NCBI RefSeq assembly: GCF_902459465.1 | Contig: NC_047083.1 | Span: forward strand, 8,556,001-8,620,000 | Length of the DNA stretch: 64,000 nt | Reading direction: 5' to 3' | DNA from: Asterias rubens | Lineage: Eukaryota | In this document: positions 49,401 to 63,196 of the stretch, piece after piece | Numbering within the stretch: the first letter of the stretch is position 1 | How the letters are laid out: every line of letters begins with the position of its first letter | Program-made: the position numbers and the translations under genes | The notes under the pieces: generated by a model | Seen by the model: the letters and a program-made list of their open reading frames with translations, nothing else | What the model was told of the DNA's origin: nothing | The model's database searches: none

Positions 49401-51180
49401 GGGTGAAAAGTCAGAAGCTATTCAACCTTTATTTTTGAACATGTGGTAAGAGCAAGGCCATTGTCATTATACATGTTATACAAAGGGCACTTTCATTGGA
49501 AAATTCAAAAGTCAATGAACCTTTTGAAGGGCACCTACACCAAGGCCAAGACCAGCAGGGCAACATAGGCCGACGGTGTAATCTAAACATTTGGTTACCG
49601 ATGGCAAAACATTATGATTCGAACTGCCTCTAGCTACGGTAGTCTAGTTGGTTAGACACTGCTCTAGAATTGCAAGGGTCGTTGGTTCGAATCCCACCCG
49701 AGTAACATACCTGTGATATTTTTTCACAGGACTCTTGGAATTTATAGTATACAGTGCTAACTGCTAACACACAGTGGTGTATGGGTAACAAACCAAAATT
49801 AATATTTGTTTCCACATTTACTCCACAGACAATGACCGATTTGGACCAGTGTCATACTGACCAGCAGACTCATGTCCAGGGGGAGCTGCGTAAAGAGATG
49901 AGCATGTTACAGAAGAAGATACTCATGGATACGGTAAGACATTCATCACGTGTAACTATTTAGTGAAGATTGTTGGTCAATGATGGCAGCAGACTATAGA
50001 CTTTTAACATGGTGCGGTCTGTCGCCTTGCCGCATGTTCGAGTTGGGCTCTATGCCTGACACGCCACACAACTCTATCCTGCATACAGCTGATGATTAGC
50101 TCCTCGTTGTTTACTCCTGCGTCTTCAACTCATTGTGACCAAACTGAGGCTGGACAAAATAATAGTCTGGTGCCATGCGCAATTGTTAGCATTCATTACT
50201 GTTATTGGAAATAGGGAACATGACCAAGATGTTGCCAGCGTGATAAAGGTCTATATCGAGGAAGTCCAATATCTTTCCAAAAGTGCACTGGAACTTTTTA
50301 AAGGACATCATCATGGCAATGCCCATTTAAAAAGTATGGATGCCTAACTGGGACCCCACTCACTGTCATCTTATTATTCAGAGACCTACCTAATCAGTTA
50401 TTCCAACTGTAGTTGGGCAAATTGTCTTGATGCCCTTTGGGAAACTTTTGAAGGAACACCAAATGCCAATACGAGGGGCAATAAATGCCTTGACCTCCGT
50501 GATTCCAGGCCTGCACTCAATTTGGGACAGACCCCCACCCCCCCCTAAAATTTGGACAATTGTAAAGCAAGGATGAAACATGTACCTAAATCTACTGCTG
50601 CATAAACTTTACCAGGTAGTTTTAAAACTCCACTCAACTCCAACTGTAAAGCTGATGTAGCGCCCTCTATGGTGTAAAAAACTTGCCTTTTTTTACTGTG
50701 TCCTTTTCTTTAGTCATTTTTTAATTTTTATTTTATTTTTTATAGAGATTATAGAACAACACTGGCTCTTCAGACATTCAACAAAGTCCTTTAACTGGGC
50801 CCTTTTTGTGGGAGGGGGGGATTGGGGTGTAGCACCAAAATGCAGAACTCGGTAAAGACAACGTTTTTGATTGCAAAATAATTTTAATTAATGTTGAAGA
50901 CATGGCAAAGATTTTAGTGGATTATTAGTATTTTGTTTCTTTTCCTTGGTGTGTGTGTAGGGGGGACCTAATGATGTTTTTGCACTGGATATAAGTTTGT
51001 AGATATTATTATTCAGTCATTTTGTAGAGAAAAAAAAATAAAAAATAACAAGTTGTTTACTGATTGAATGTCTAATTGAGTGAAATTGTAAAGTTGTTTG
51101 TAACTTCTCTCCATTTTTGAATTTAGCAAGCCCATGAAATGGCCAATGTTCGAAAATCCCTCCAAAAGATGTTATTCTAG
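46440..51180 (+). CDS. SYCP3: Synaptonemal complex protein 3 (252 aa, complete)
   Basis: Exons 46440-46584, 46977-47079, 47879-47913, 48095-48212, 48734-48833, 49203-49301, 49829-49933, 51127-51180 total 759 nt in frame. [83 protein letters not shown] matches Cor1/SYCP3. Confidence 0.96.
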
Positions 51181-51299
51181 ACAACCATCTCCTTCAACAA
51201 CTAGAAGGTAAATGATTCATCCTTTCTGTCTTTCTCTAATAACTTATCTTTGATGATTTAAATTTTTGCCATTTGAAACAAAACTGCAGCTTAGTTGTT

Positions 51300-53645
51300 T
51301 TCTTGTTTATTATTATTTATTATTATTATTTATTCGGCCAAGATTTCAACAAACAGTACAAGATACAACATTGAAATATAAATAAAGAAATATAACAGTA
51401 TAAGAAACAATGAATGTAAACTTAAGACATCTAGAACAATTGTAAACCAATGATTGAGTGAGACAGAGCACTGGCAATCAAGCAAGACAATTATAAAAAC
51501 AGACAGGACAAGCCCATTCTAAGATGGCCAGGATTAATAAAAGTGAACCTAACCACTGTGACTCGAAAGCCTATCAATCCAATCTTAAAATAGGAATAGA
51601 ATCTTAACAAACATTTAAAAACAGTAAAGATAAACTTTGGAAAATATAATAAATATTAAGAACAAAATAAATATGTATATGTTAAGAAAAACCTATTTAT
51701 ATGTAGCAAGATTATTTGGAAGTGCACATTTGAGTTTTAAAAAAAAAGCTGACCTAAAAACAATGAACAAATGAGGAAATAAAAATATAGAAATTAAGAA
51801 AAGGGCCAATCTTTATCAACAGATAAATTAAAAACAATTTGGAAAAACTCTACAGGTTCTGGAAGTGCTGACACAGGTATCTTTTAAAACAATTGTATGA
51901 ATCGAGGGTGAGGGAGTTGCAGATATTTGTTGGCAGACCGCTCCAAACACGAGGGAAAGAATGAACTGAAGTGTTTTTTAGGCTGAGGGTTCTAGCATAC
52001 AAATGGTTGAATACGAGTGTATCGGTGTGTCGGGTATTGGACAGAGGTATTCAAGTTGATGATGTGACAATTAATTAAACCAAATAAACAACAAGTGGTG
52101 AATTGCACAATGAGTCTTTGTCGTCTGGATTCAAGCGTTTGCCAGTTTAGAGTTTTGAGTCTGTCCTCGTATGACATTGCACCTCGTTGTTGCCTAAGGA
52201 ACATCCTCGTAGCTCTCCTTTGGACACGTTCAAGTTTTGCTGAAAGTGTTGTAGTATATGGGCACCATGCAGGCAGCCCATACTCAAGAATAGGTAATAC
52301 AAGGGATCTGTAAGGGACATTAATGCAGTTGGGGATGTTCCACCTGCCGTATGCCAGATGAAACCTAGAGTCCTATTTGCCTTGGAGACAACACTGTTGA
52401 CATGGTTAGACCAAGTGAGGTTATGATTGATCACGACTCCAAGGTATTTGTAGGTGGCAGTTATTTTGAGGGAGGATCCATGAATAGAGTACTCTGGAAG
52501 GGCTAGTGTTTTTGTAGATCTGGTCATATGCATAATCATAGACTTATTGGTGTTTATTTTCATCCCATTGGCCACACTCCACAAGTCGATGGCATCAAGG
52601 TCAGCTTGCAAGGAAAGTTCATCTGCAGGGGAGTGGATAGGTCTATAGATGAGGGTGTCATCAGCAAAGAGCAAACACTTGGAATTGAGGGAATGGGAGA
52701 TGTCACTGATGAATAAGTTAAACAGGAGGGGACCGAGGACACTTCCCTGAGGGACTCCAGATGAAACCGGAGACATGGACGATAAAGCTCCCTGGTACAT
52801 AACCCGCTGGAACCGGCCAGTCAAAAATGCTTTCAGCCAATACCAAGTTTGACCACGGATGTTAAAGTTCTCTGCCAGTTTATTGAGGATTGTGTGATGA
52901 GGCATAACATCAAATGCCTTGCTAAAGTCCAGGAAAGCAATGTCTATGCGAGGTGGACGGGGTTTGTCCATGATTGTAGCCCAGTCATAAATAGCATTTG
53001 TGAGCTGGGTGACGCAGGATTTATGTGCTGTAAATCCATGTTGTTCATCATTACCAAGACAGTTAGAAGAAATATGTTCATTGATATTGTTAGCGACTGC
53101 TCTTTCAAGTATTTTGCAGACAATGGAGGTTAAAGCAATTGGACGATAGTTTTTGATGTCGGTTCGGTTGGCAGATTTAAACACAGGGGTGATATTAGAT
53201 AATTTCCAGTCCAAGGGTAGGGAGCCGTGTAAGAGCGACAAATTCATCACACGTAATAGCGGTGGGGCGATGGAGGAGGCAGTTGAACGCAAAACTGTTG
53301 GTGAAATCCCATCAGGCCCAGGTGCCTTGAGAGGGTTGAGATTTTGCAGCGACTTTGTCAGCCATCCGAGTTCAATTTGAATTGGCGGTAGTTCAGGAAT
53401 CGGTAAGGTACAGGATGGAGGCATTGATGGGCAAGATCCTGGAGGAGAATGAACTGAAGTAAAAAATTCGTTGAATGCCTGAGCGATGGCACTAGGCTTG
53501 TGAAGAAGTTGGTCAGCATGTTGAAAGGTTGGTGGACATTTAGATTTTCGCTGGTCTTTGACAAAACACCAAAAGCTGCGCTTGTTGTCTTTTTTTGCAA
53601 AAAGACCGTTGACATACTTGCATTGTCTCATTTGCTGACAACTTT
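51300..53645 (-). mobile_element. 5'-truncated CR1/L2-group non-LTR retrotransposon (RT domain, 3' UTR, (TAA)n tail)
   Basis: The ORF contains KAPGPDGI, PLDWKLSNITPVFK, NYRPIALTSIVCKILE, QHGF, LDFSKAFD, GVPQGSVLGPLLF, LFADD and YKYLGV. Frameshifts near 52312 and 52035 restore YRSLVLPILEYG..LERVQRRATR and NTRH..FPRVWSGLP. Tail GGCCGAATAAA(TAA)n at 51307-51339. No endonuclease domain; the first ~25 codons of the listed ORF come from an adjacent MITE. Confidence 0.92.
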
Positions 53646-53814
53646 GACAAGGAGGAGCAGGCCATTTATGCTTCATTCTTGAGGGTAAGGGCACCAAGGC
53701 ATTTTCTTTTCTTCTGGGAAAAGGCACCTGTGAGAATTGTTTAAATGTCTATCGAAACATTACAAGTGGCACTATAGGAGAAATACACAATCTGAGAAAC
53801 GTTATTCTGTTAAT

Positions 53815-54030
53815 TTAATTGAGGGATAAAACCGTGCCTTTTCCAGCTGCGCAACGCGTCTCTGGAATTCCTTGCCAGACGAGCTGAGGGACACACCTGA
53901 TCTTTCTACTTTCAAACACAACCTCAAGTCTCATCTGTTTAATTTGTCAGCTGACTAGCTTCCGGCGCCTTTGAATGGATCTATTCCAGATACTGCGCGC
54001 CTTATAAATTTTATGTTATTATTAATTAAA
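53815..54030 (+). mobile_element. L2-clade LINE 3' end
   Basis: RAFSSCATRLWNSLPDELRDTPDLSTFKHNLKSHLF* followed by GCGCCTTTGA..GCGCGCCTTATAAAT..TTATTATT. A similar minus-strand tail at about 56595-56850 is split by the 6-bp-TSD MITE. Confidence 0.75.
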
Positions 54031-57000
54031 AAGTGATTTTCTTTTTACCATAATCGAAGCTTAGAAGTGCAATATTTTTCAATGCATTATATAACAAGCT
54101 GCTGTACTTCTCACCAAGTTAGTTTTGATTTCCAAATTTTCATTACCAACCGACAGACCCTTTTACACATGACTTTTTACCTCCTCTGAGTCATCCATCA
54201 CTTCCAAACTCTGACACTGAGTTTGTTTACTACTTGAGTCATCAAAATCTGCCGATCATGTTTATCTCCTTGGTGAAAACAACAACAAAACATTTGATGA
54301 TGTTATTTGGCGCATATTTCACCTACTTGGGGACAACAACAACAACAAACCTTATGATGTAATTAGACACGTCTTTAAATTTACACCAGTGATCTGTGAA
54401 CTGTTTTGACTTTTCAGTCCTGTTGTCATCCTCAAACCACTTCCTACATCCGTCCAATTGCAAACACACTTGTCCAAGTTTTACTTGCCATTGTATGCTA
54501 CGGTCATTGTTTTGATCGAAATGAAAGTAGTTAATAGTTTAATGAATTGCAGATAAAGAATTCTGACTTAAAAAAGTAGCAGATACACCCACCCAACCCA
54601 CTCAACCCCACCCAACCCACTCACCATAAAAACAGCAGTAATTGTTCAATGTAATTTTAAAAATAAACGGGAAATGACATCATGAAAAACAAATTTAGCT
54701 GAGTAATAAGAAAGAATACAATTGATGCAAAAAAACATTATTAGATTTGTATCAAATCAGTCATAGGTTGGTTTTTGTAAATGTATAACGCTGATTTATA
54801 GCTCCAAACTAAAATGCGATACAAGTCACCTGGAAATGTTCAGTCTAGTATCCAATATAGATTTTGTTGAGTAAGAGTATTTGGCTTAGCGGGTATCAAC
54901 AAAAAGCACCAGCCTGGAATTTCACAGAGGCCATAAGGGCCATTCCCGCTGATGCCCCTGGTCTTGGCCTTTGCACCCCTTCAGAAGTTTCACATTTACT
55001 TTAAGATTTTCCATTAGAAGTGGCCTGAAGTACCATCAAAATGGTACTCCAGTAGTACTCGAAGTATTACTACTATGTTGTATTTCATTTCAACACTGAG
55101 TACGAGTATCGAGTACAAGTACCAGGCCTAGAATTACACAGAGGCCACGGAGACCACTGCCGCTGATGCCCCTGGTCTTGGCCTTGGCGCCCCTTCAGAA
55201 GTTTCACATTAACTTTAACATCAATCAGACTGTCCTGTGAACAATTTAAACGGCCTTGCCCTCTCAAAATGAAGTTCCAGGGCTTGCTTGGTACTCCAGT
55301 AGTACTCTACAAATAATACAATAAAGGGAATACTATTGTAGTCTCAGGGTTGTTTTTGTCGACAATGCAAATCTTGCTACTGTGGTTTCCTGTTCTAGAT
55401 GTATGACCTGTTTCTACAACTGACAAAAGAGGTTTTGATATTTTAGGCAGATTGGGGAAAGTCCCCTTTTTGTTCCTTTGTTATAATTTAGCTGATTCAT
55501 GGAACTGGTGGGATCATTGACTCAATAATGCATTGGGTCTATGACTAATAATGATAATCGCAAAGTCAGTTCGTATTTTATCGCCCATACCCGATCCTAT
55601 AGTAGCACGGTTCTGCCCAGGATTTTTTTAGTGCCGGAAAATGTTTTCCATAAGTCATAATTTCAAATAAACTCAAACCAAAGGAGTACTCACAAATTTA
55701 TGACTTTGGATACTTTTTTTCTACTGGTAAATTATAAAATTTTACATTTTTGTTGAAAACCTTTGAAAAGAAATTTATTTGGAAAATGTGTGGTGGTCGA
55801 ATACGGGGAAAATTATTAGTGTTGGTTGGGGAGTCCCGAGTGTAGGGCAAGGTAGCTTGAGATCAAGGTGCTTTCAAACTTATCCCCTAATCATCAGACA
55901 GTCTTAAAACATTCCTTAAAGCCATTGGACACTTTCAGTAAACAGACTTGTCCAAAGGCCCACCCGTCGTGTATCACAACTGATATAAAAACAAACCTGT
56001 GAAAATTTAAGCTCAATCGGTTTTCGGAGTCGGGAGAAAATAGCGGGAAAACCCACCCTTGTTTCCGCACGTTTCACCGTGTCATGACATGTGTTTAAAA
56101 TAAAACCGTAATTCTCGACAACGAGAATTGATAGTTGTTTTAATGTTTTCTGGAAATGTGAAGCATTTCATGGAACAATATTTCAAGAGAAGTCTTTCAC
56201 CATTACCTTCTGTAAACCCTGTAAGTTAATTGTAAATCTGTGAACTATTTTTTTTTTTTGTGCCATAAGTGTAATGGCTTTAAACTTGTCAATTCCCATG
56301 AACCTAAAGCGGCTTGTTACAGCTAAGTCTTATATGGCAGTAGACTGGGCCCCCCTGTCTTTATCCGCAAGGATATAGACGGATCCCTGCTCCTTAGATC
56401 CAGTGATTCCATTGGATACAATGATGAATACACACGCCGGTCTCAACGCAGGTCGCTGGCGTTATTCACAAGCCTCAAAGTGTGACGTCAGATGTTCGGG
56501 CTTATATTGCAGCTGAAAAGAGGTTTATCCGACGCCTTCAAAGTTATATATTTTCCCTCACTCCCCCCCCCCCAATGTCTGGTTACACCACTGATAATAA
56601 TAATAGTGGCCTCTTATAGAGCGCTCACAGGCCTGTATGCTTCGTTTTTGAAAAGGCAAGGGCACCAAGGCTGTTTCTCTTAGGCAAAGGGCACCCTATG
56701 AGGAAATTGTAAATTTCTACTGGAGCATTTCAAGGGCACCAAGGCAATGGCAAGAGGCAACGGAGGCAATCGCCTCCGTTGCCTCCGTGAAGTATCAGGC
56801 CTGCGCTCAGGTCCGTCAAACATGACGCTCATGGCGCTGTACAAGCAAAATTTATACAAATACAAAACAAAATTGATTATCTGACTCGGGTTCTGGCTTT
56901 GTAGAGTGCGGGTTCGAGTCTAATCCTTTGGGTGGGACATACTTTTATGATTGTTAATAGAAATTACCTGGGGCACCTATTGAGTTCAAATTCATGTAGC

Positions 57001-58917
57001 CAGTACAATTCTGACTTTGCTTTTATATTGTATTCATATGACTAATGCTTAAATGGAGTGTAAGTAAAGTTATTTTGACAGAAAGCTATTGTGTCTACCA
57101 AATTTCTGGGGCCGCATATTCCTAAAGAAAACTTAGTATAAATGTCTTTGAGAATTATTCCAAACAAGAGAAAATAATATACAGACTTTTTTCCGAACAC
57201 AGTTAAATTGGGCCAAAGTGTATACAGTAGATACTATAGCTTTGAAAATCAGTTTTAAAAAAATGGTTATTACACTAACAAAGGACAAGAAATTTAGTTA
57301 ACAATTCTTGCTTCTGCTTTTTGTTTTTATTATCAATACATATTTATTAAATAAATAATTTGTTTTTTAATTTACAATGATAAAAAAGAGTTGCTACATT
57401 TAGAAATATATAAAACACTATAAATCATATAGATTAGCACTTGTTTTCGTGTATAAATCATTAGAATTTTTCTTGCCAATCAAAGTGAAAAAATCAAAAA
57501 CAAATGCTAGTTAGATGAATGCCATTTTTGCTTTAAACAAAATAAGCAGGTTCAATTATAATTGTGTTTATTGCAAAAAACACCATTGATAGTCATACTT
57601 ATTTACAGGCTATATTATATGCTAATATTAACAACCAAAACATACAATTAAATTATTACTTAATAATTGAAAATTAAGTAATAACTTAAAAATGGTAAAA
57701 CAATTAATTTAAAGTACAAATAATGAAAAACGTTAATGAAACAGAAGATTATATTTTCAGAGTATCAAAACAAATCTCCCAGGTTTCGTTTGTGTAAAGA
57801 GGATGAAATGTAGAGGGAGAAAATCTTGTTTACAAATGGATGTTGACCTGCTTTATAGACCATGTGACCTTTGTTTACAATAGGTGTGACCTTGTATATT
57901 CTATGGCATTTCTGGCAGGCAAGATACTGCACTGGTCATATGGGAAAGTTGACATTTTGTGTCATAACTTATTCCACATAAATCCAAGAGTTATGAAAGT
58001 AAAAGCTGGAAATGTTTTGAGATGTGCCCCCTTTTTCTCATCAAAAGTTGATAAGAATTAGACAGCAATCTCCATAAAATATAAGTTTTTATGGTTTTTT
58101 TATTGAGCTGTGTACAAAAAGGCTCTGTGGCTCTTTTGTTACTATGTGATGTCACAGGTCACATCGTCTACAAGATAGTCAATAATAATAGTAATACGTA
58201 GTTCTTGTTACCGCAAACGTTAACAAAATATAGGTTACTTAGATGGGATTCGAACCCACAAACTTCCGCATCACTATTGCAGGTAATTACAATATACTTA
58301 AGAAAAATCTAAGTGGTCTGTGTTTGCTGTAATACCATCTTGTCTTTTTATACAAATTGCTCTGTAAGTGACAACCTACTGATTCTAAACACTCCAACAA
58401 TCAAGATGTCAAGCAATGGAAAACATTGCAAAATTATTAATTAGTTTCATAACAAAACGATCTCAAACCTAGGAGACACTATTTGGCAGTACCGTAAGAG
58501 ACATTTAAAGCAACTTAGTGTTGCAGTATGGTGTTCATAGAACATACACCGATGACGCAACTTACTGTTGCAATATGGCGAAACACTTGTTTCCAGTTTT
58601 TGGTTTTTAAGAATGCTTCATAGCTTCGCTGATGGCCTTTTTAAATAAATTATTTTCTTATTTTATATACACGTAGAAAAAAGTTTTCCAAAAGATTTTA
58701 TTATCATACCAAGCACACTTTGTCCATATACTGTTAAGTGTTAATTTCTGTAACATGGATAGTGCGGTGTACATGTATAGTAAATTGTTCAGCTAACTGG
58801 TCGTTATTTTGATATAAAAAGATAATTTAAATTTTGAAAAATAAATAGCTTATAAATTATGTAAGGTGTAAGGCAAAAGTGTCAGCTCGTGAAGTGATTC
58901 CAACTTGGGTTTAAATT

Positions 58918-61900
58918 CTAACATGGGTGGACAAACTGGTAAACTAGTCGTTGTGCGATTTCTGTTTTCTTCATGATACCTTTCTTGTAGTACTGCCTAA
59001 TAGAGCGACTCAATTTGTCGTAGTTCATTGCTGGTCGGTTCTTACGGAGCCCCCAAAGGCGGGCAACTTCGACTGAATCTTCAATCTTGAAAATACCTGA
59101 AGAAAAATGAATAAGAAAAGAAAATTTCATTAGCATACAGCCTAATGTGAAAAATGTGTACAATACGAATACCGTCCATTTGTAAATGGTAACTTATGTA
59201 AAACCAATGTTCTTCTGGATTCCTTGAAGGTTACAGGCCTATGGGCATCAGTAGTGTATTCACTTTATTTTGAAATACGAGGTCACACTTTTGTGTTCTT
59301 TGTGTTTTGCCTGTGATCCTCTGCTTCTGTGATTCTACTTCTGTGTACAGTGTTGTACAATAATAGTTTTCTGTGCTACGTTTTGTTACAGTTTGACTGT
59401 GTAAGTCCAGTCTGTATTCGAATATTGGTCCCAAATGTTTGAAATATGCAGGAGACTTGCACAGTATCGGTCAAAAGTATTTTGTAAGGGCAGCTGTGTG
59501 CATTATAGGGCATCTTTGGATCTTTGCTTTGGTGGGATCCAACAAAGAAAGTTATTGCTTTGTTGAGATCCAACAATTAAAGTTCTTTGCTTTGGTTGGA
59601 TCCAACAAATCACGTTGAGATGGATCAAACAAATAACGTTCTTTGCTTTGGGAGTCAACAAATAATCTTTTTTTGGTGGGATCCAACAAATGAGTAATCA
59701 TACCTTGGGGTCTGTCCAACCACCTGATGCAGTAGCCGTAGGAATCAGGCTGCACAAGTAAATCCTTCAAGAACTGCCACAAGTGAATTCCGCCGGTGTG
59801 GTTAGGGGTCATGAAAGTGTTGGGGCCTGATGTTGGACCAGGAGAAGGGATAGATGCCTCATCTGTTGGGATAGAACAAAATAGCAAGAAAATAAATGGT
59901 TTGAAAGCGTTTTTCGTTGGATCATCTTGCTTACTTTTTATACAGTTTGACTGTGCAAGTTTGGAATGGATTTGAACATTGGGGCATGTTAAAGCAATGT
60001 ACAGTGTACCCGCAAGTAGCCCCAATAATGTCTGAATATGCCAGAGACTTGCACGGTATATCACCAAGGTATTTACCAACTGTGCATTATAGGGCATCTT
60101 TAGACTGCCTTATTATGAACCTGGATGCTCTTGTCTTTATTTGTGAAAACATTCTACTGTAACCGATTTAGAGCAAACTTGTGCAACCTTTTTTATGAGT
60201 CTTGTGTCACACTCTGTTGTTTAAGTATAGCAATAGGAATGCAGGGTTAAAATAGACACAACCAAGTGGATGCAACAGGTGACAGTATAAAGGATAAGAA
60301 AATTGAGAAACACAGTGAATATAGAGGATCTGCTCTAAAGATGCTTACCATCACTGTTTGACATGGAGCTTGATGTCTCATACCCGCCCAATGAACTGAG
60401 ATCCATATAACTACACTGTTCATTGCCAACAAACACTTGAGAGGCTGGAAGATGTGGGGACAAGATGTTATCAGCTACATTCATTCGGCCAGCAGCTGTA
60501 AAAGATGAAAAAAAGAAAGAAGTTGTTATTTATTGTATACAGAAACAAGATGCTCGGTCAACAATCGATACGAGATCAGGGTCTAGGAATGTGAACATAT
60601 CAAACTTTCTAGAGAGAGTATTTTAATATTTTTTTCTGGTAACCTCATGGCCAGTGTTGCAGCTAGACCAATTTTAGTGGTGGGCTCTAAACCCTGAATT
60701 TAGTCCACCAGGGGCGAAGGTTCAACTAAGTTAATCATGCTTAGATATGGGACCATCATTGTTGAAGCTGATCGGGGGAAATCTATACAGTGTATTTTGC
60801 TCAGGGTGCTGTGCTAAATTTGTTTGTTCTGGGCAGGCCCGCCTGGCATTGCCCACTGTGGTGTTAACCCTGCTCATGGCAACAGGATTGGTTAACAACA
60901 AGATAAATTCTTATCCATCCTTACCATTCTTCCAGATGTCGAGATGAGCATACAAGATATCGCCGGACTTGGGTGAGAGTTGACGGAACTGCTCGTCTGT
61001 AAGATTGCACAAGCTCAAGCCATCCATTGCGAAGAAGCCAACTTCAATCTCAGGTAGGCGATATTGATGTCTCGTCCACTCCACCCACTTCTTAACTTGT
61101 TCTGAGTTCCATCTGCAAGGATCTGTAGGAAGAAACAAAAAAGAAGGGATCCAGTTAAATAATTGACTTTTATACACAGGTTGGAACACAGCCTGGTTAT
61201 TTTCTGTGACAGCGAACAAGCAGCTCGAGACATGAGGATATTTTATATTTGATAAACTTTCTTTCAATTTAGATGAAATTTTTTTGTGGCGTTCCAGAAG
61301 GTTTATCTACAAAAAGAATTGATTTACTGTTTTAAAAAGTTGACATTTAGTGTTAATTTGTTCATAATATAGTCTCTAATTATGTACATATTATTTGTTC
61401 AATTGACTTATCTTTGATGTATATTAAGGTCAGGTATTTAGTATTATGCAATGCGAACAATGCAATGTTTCTGTACATACTTTACGATAAGGTTAATGCC
61501 CCATTTTATTTGTTGGCATAATATTGTGCAGGGTTGGTTAATTATACCAGAGAATGTTGTGTTTGCTTAAGTTGGATGTTTGTTTGTTTGTTTGTTTGTT
61601 TGTTTGTTTGTTTGTAGGGGTGTTTGTTTGTTTGTTTGTTTGTTTGTTTGTTTGTTTGTTTCTTATGGGTGCTCATACTTCTGCACATAATGCAGAAACT
61701 TGTGTGGAACTGTACTATTGTAATGTATACTATTGTATGTATACTATTGTAATGTATACTATTGTAATGTATACTATTGTAATGTATACTATTACAATAA
61801 TCAGAAATGTGCTCATTGTCTATCTAAATAGACACTCCTGTAACATGCATGGTAAACAACATAATACAGTACTGTAGAAAATATAGTATAGTACTACTGT

Positions 61901-63196
61901 AACATGTAGAAAACATAGTACAGTACTGTAAATGCATCAAGAAAATATAGTACTTTAAAGTATTGGATCCCAATCAACTCAAGTGACTCTTGAGTGACAT
62001 CGAGATTTATGACCTTCTCATTTTATGTAAATTAAGTAGATTGACACCATTCCATTTCCAGGATATCGATAAACTTTGCGGTCCTTTCACAACATCCTTC
62101 CTGTTTTGTGATGTCATATCCTTCACGATTTCTTGTGAAATGTATGGGTCATGGTCGAAAAGTTTGACACGGATTTAAGTGGACTTGAATACTTTGCAAT
62201 CTGCCCCAAATTTGTGGTGAATTATCCAAGTAGTTGATTCAAGGACCATGAATAACCTTTTTAAGTTGTATCTTGTCAACTGTGAACATTGATGGAAATG
62301 AAAACAGTGACATAGAATTTCCTTGTTATTTTATGTTGCTTGTAACATATTTTTAAGATTGGATTTGAGATTAAAGTGCGTATTTTAGGAAACGCAATGT
62401 TATTTTTTGTTTCTTACAAAAACTTCACTCAGACTTATTTACTTTCTTTTTTCATTGTCTTTGACTGTAAGCATTTGTCTTGAGGTCAATGTTAGAGGCT
62501 TCTTTTGTTGGGTTCCCTGTATGCTGGTATTAAATTATGAACACATGCAACAAAGGGTATCTGTCTAATTGTCTGTCAGCCTCTACTGTTTTGTAATGTG
62601 ATTGGTCAATCCAATTGTAGGGAGCCCAATGGCGCCCTCAGTGTTCAAGTTTCGTAATGTGATTGGTCAATCCCAATGGACCTTATCGCAAATACTCAGT
62701 ACGTGCGCCTGAGGCGTGGAATGGAGTGCATGCTGGTCTAGCTAGCTTTTAAGTTTGATCGCTAGCTAGACCAGCATGCACCTCATTCAACAGTGTGCAC
62801 TTGCGCAATGGGTATTGGCGAAAAAGGTCTATGGAGGAAGTGCCCCCTCAGTGTGAAAGTTTACACACCTGTTGGGATGTTGATGAGCTCGCAGGCTGTG
62901 ACGATATCACCCATGACTTCTCGTACAATCAACTGTTGCACCTGATCCATATCAGCATCATACTGGCTCTGATGATGAAGGGGTGCAACATTCACTGACC
63001 CCAACTCCTCAATCTTAATGGGTGACTGGGCAGGCAACATCTCGTTGAATGACCCCTCCATCGACTCGACCGGTTGGAGGAGACCCCCTTGTGTGTCTGT
63101 CGGGGCTGTGTCGAAGAAGCCATCGATTTGAGCTTGGGTGATGAAATCAAAGTTGATGAAGTCACCTGATAGGTTCAAGTCGAAGGCCTTCACTTC
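58918..63196 (-). CDS. SPDEF: SAM pointed domain-containing ETS factor (PDEF/Ets4), 5' end not resolved
   Basis: Exons 63196-62869, 61122-60925, 60495-60349, 59862-59704, 59096-58918, with phase-1 junctions between them. PNT domain [45 protein letters not shown]; ETS domain [63 protein letters not shown]. Confidence 0.95.
59519..59690. repeat. Degenerate ~30-bp minisatellite (TTTGCTTTGGTNGGATCCAACAAA)
   Basis: About six imperfect units directly beside an ETS-domain exon donor. Confidence 0.8.
61716..61795. repeat. 15-bp tandem repeat (TACTATTGTAATGTA)n
   Basis: About five units by inspection. Confidence 0.85.
62676..62830. mobile_element. Short hairpin MITE
   Basis: Outer imperfect TIR ATRGACCTTNTCGC; inner perfect 21-bp arms GTGCATGCTGGTCTAGCTAGC / GCTAGCTAGACCAGCATGCAC. 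Confidence 0.65.

Noticed and set aside
52147-53727. 526-aa ORF as an intact gene
   Set aside because: It is a 5'-truncated LINE RT. The start codon comes from a flanking MITE and the C-terminus is out of frame after about 52312.
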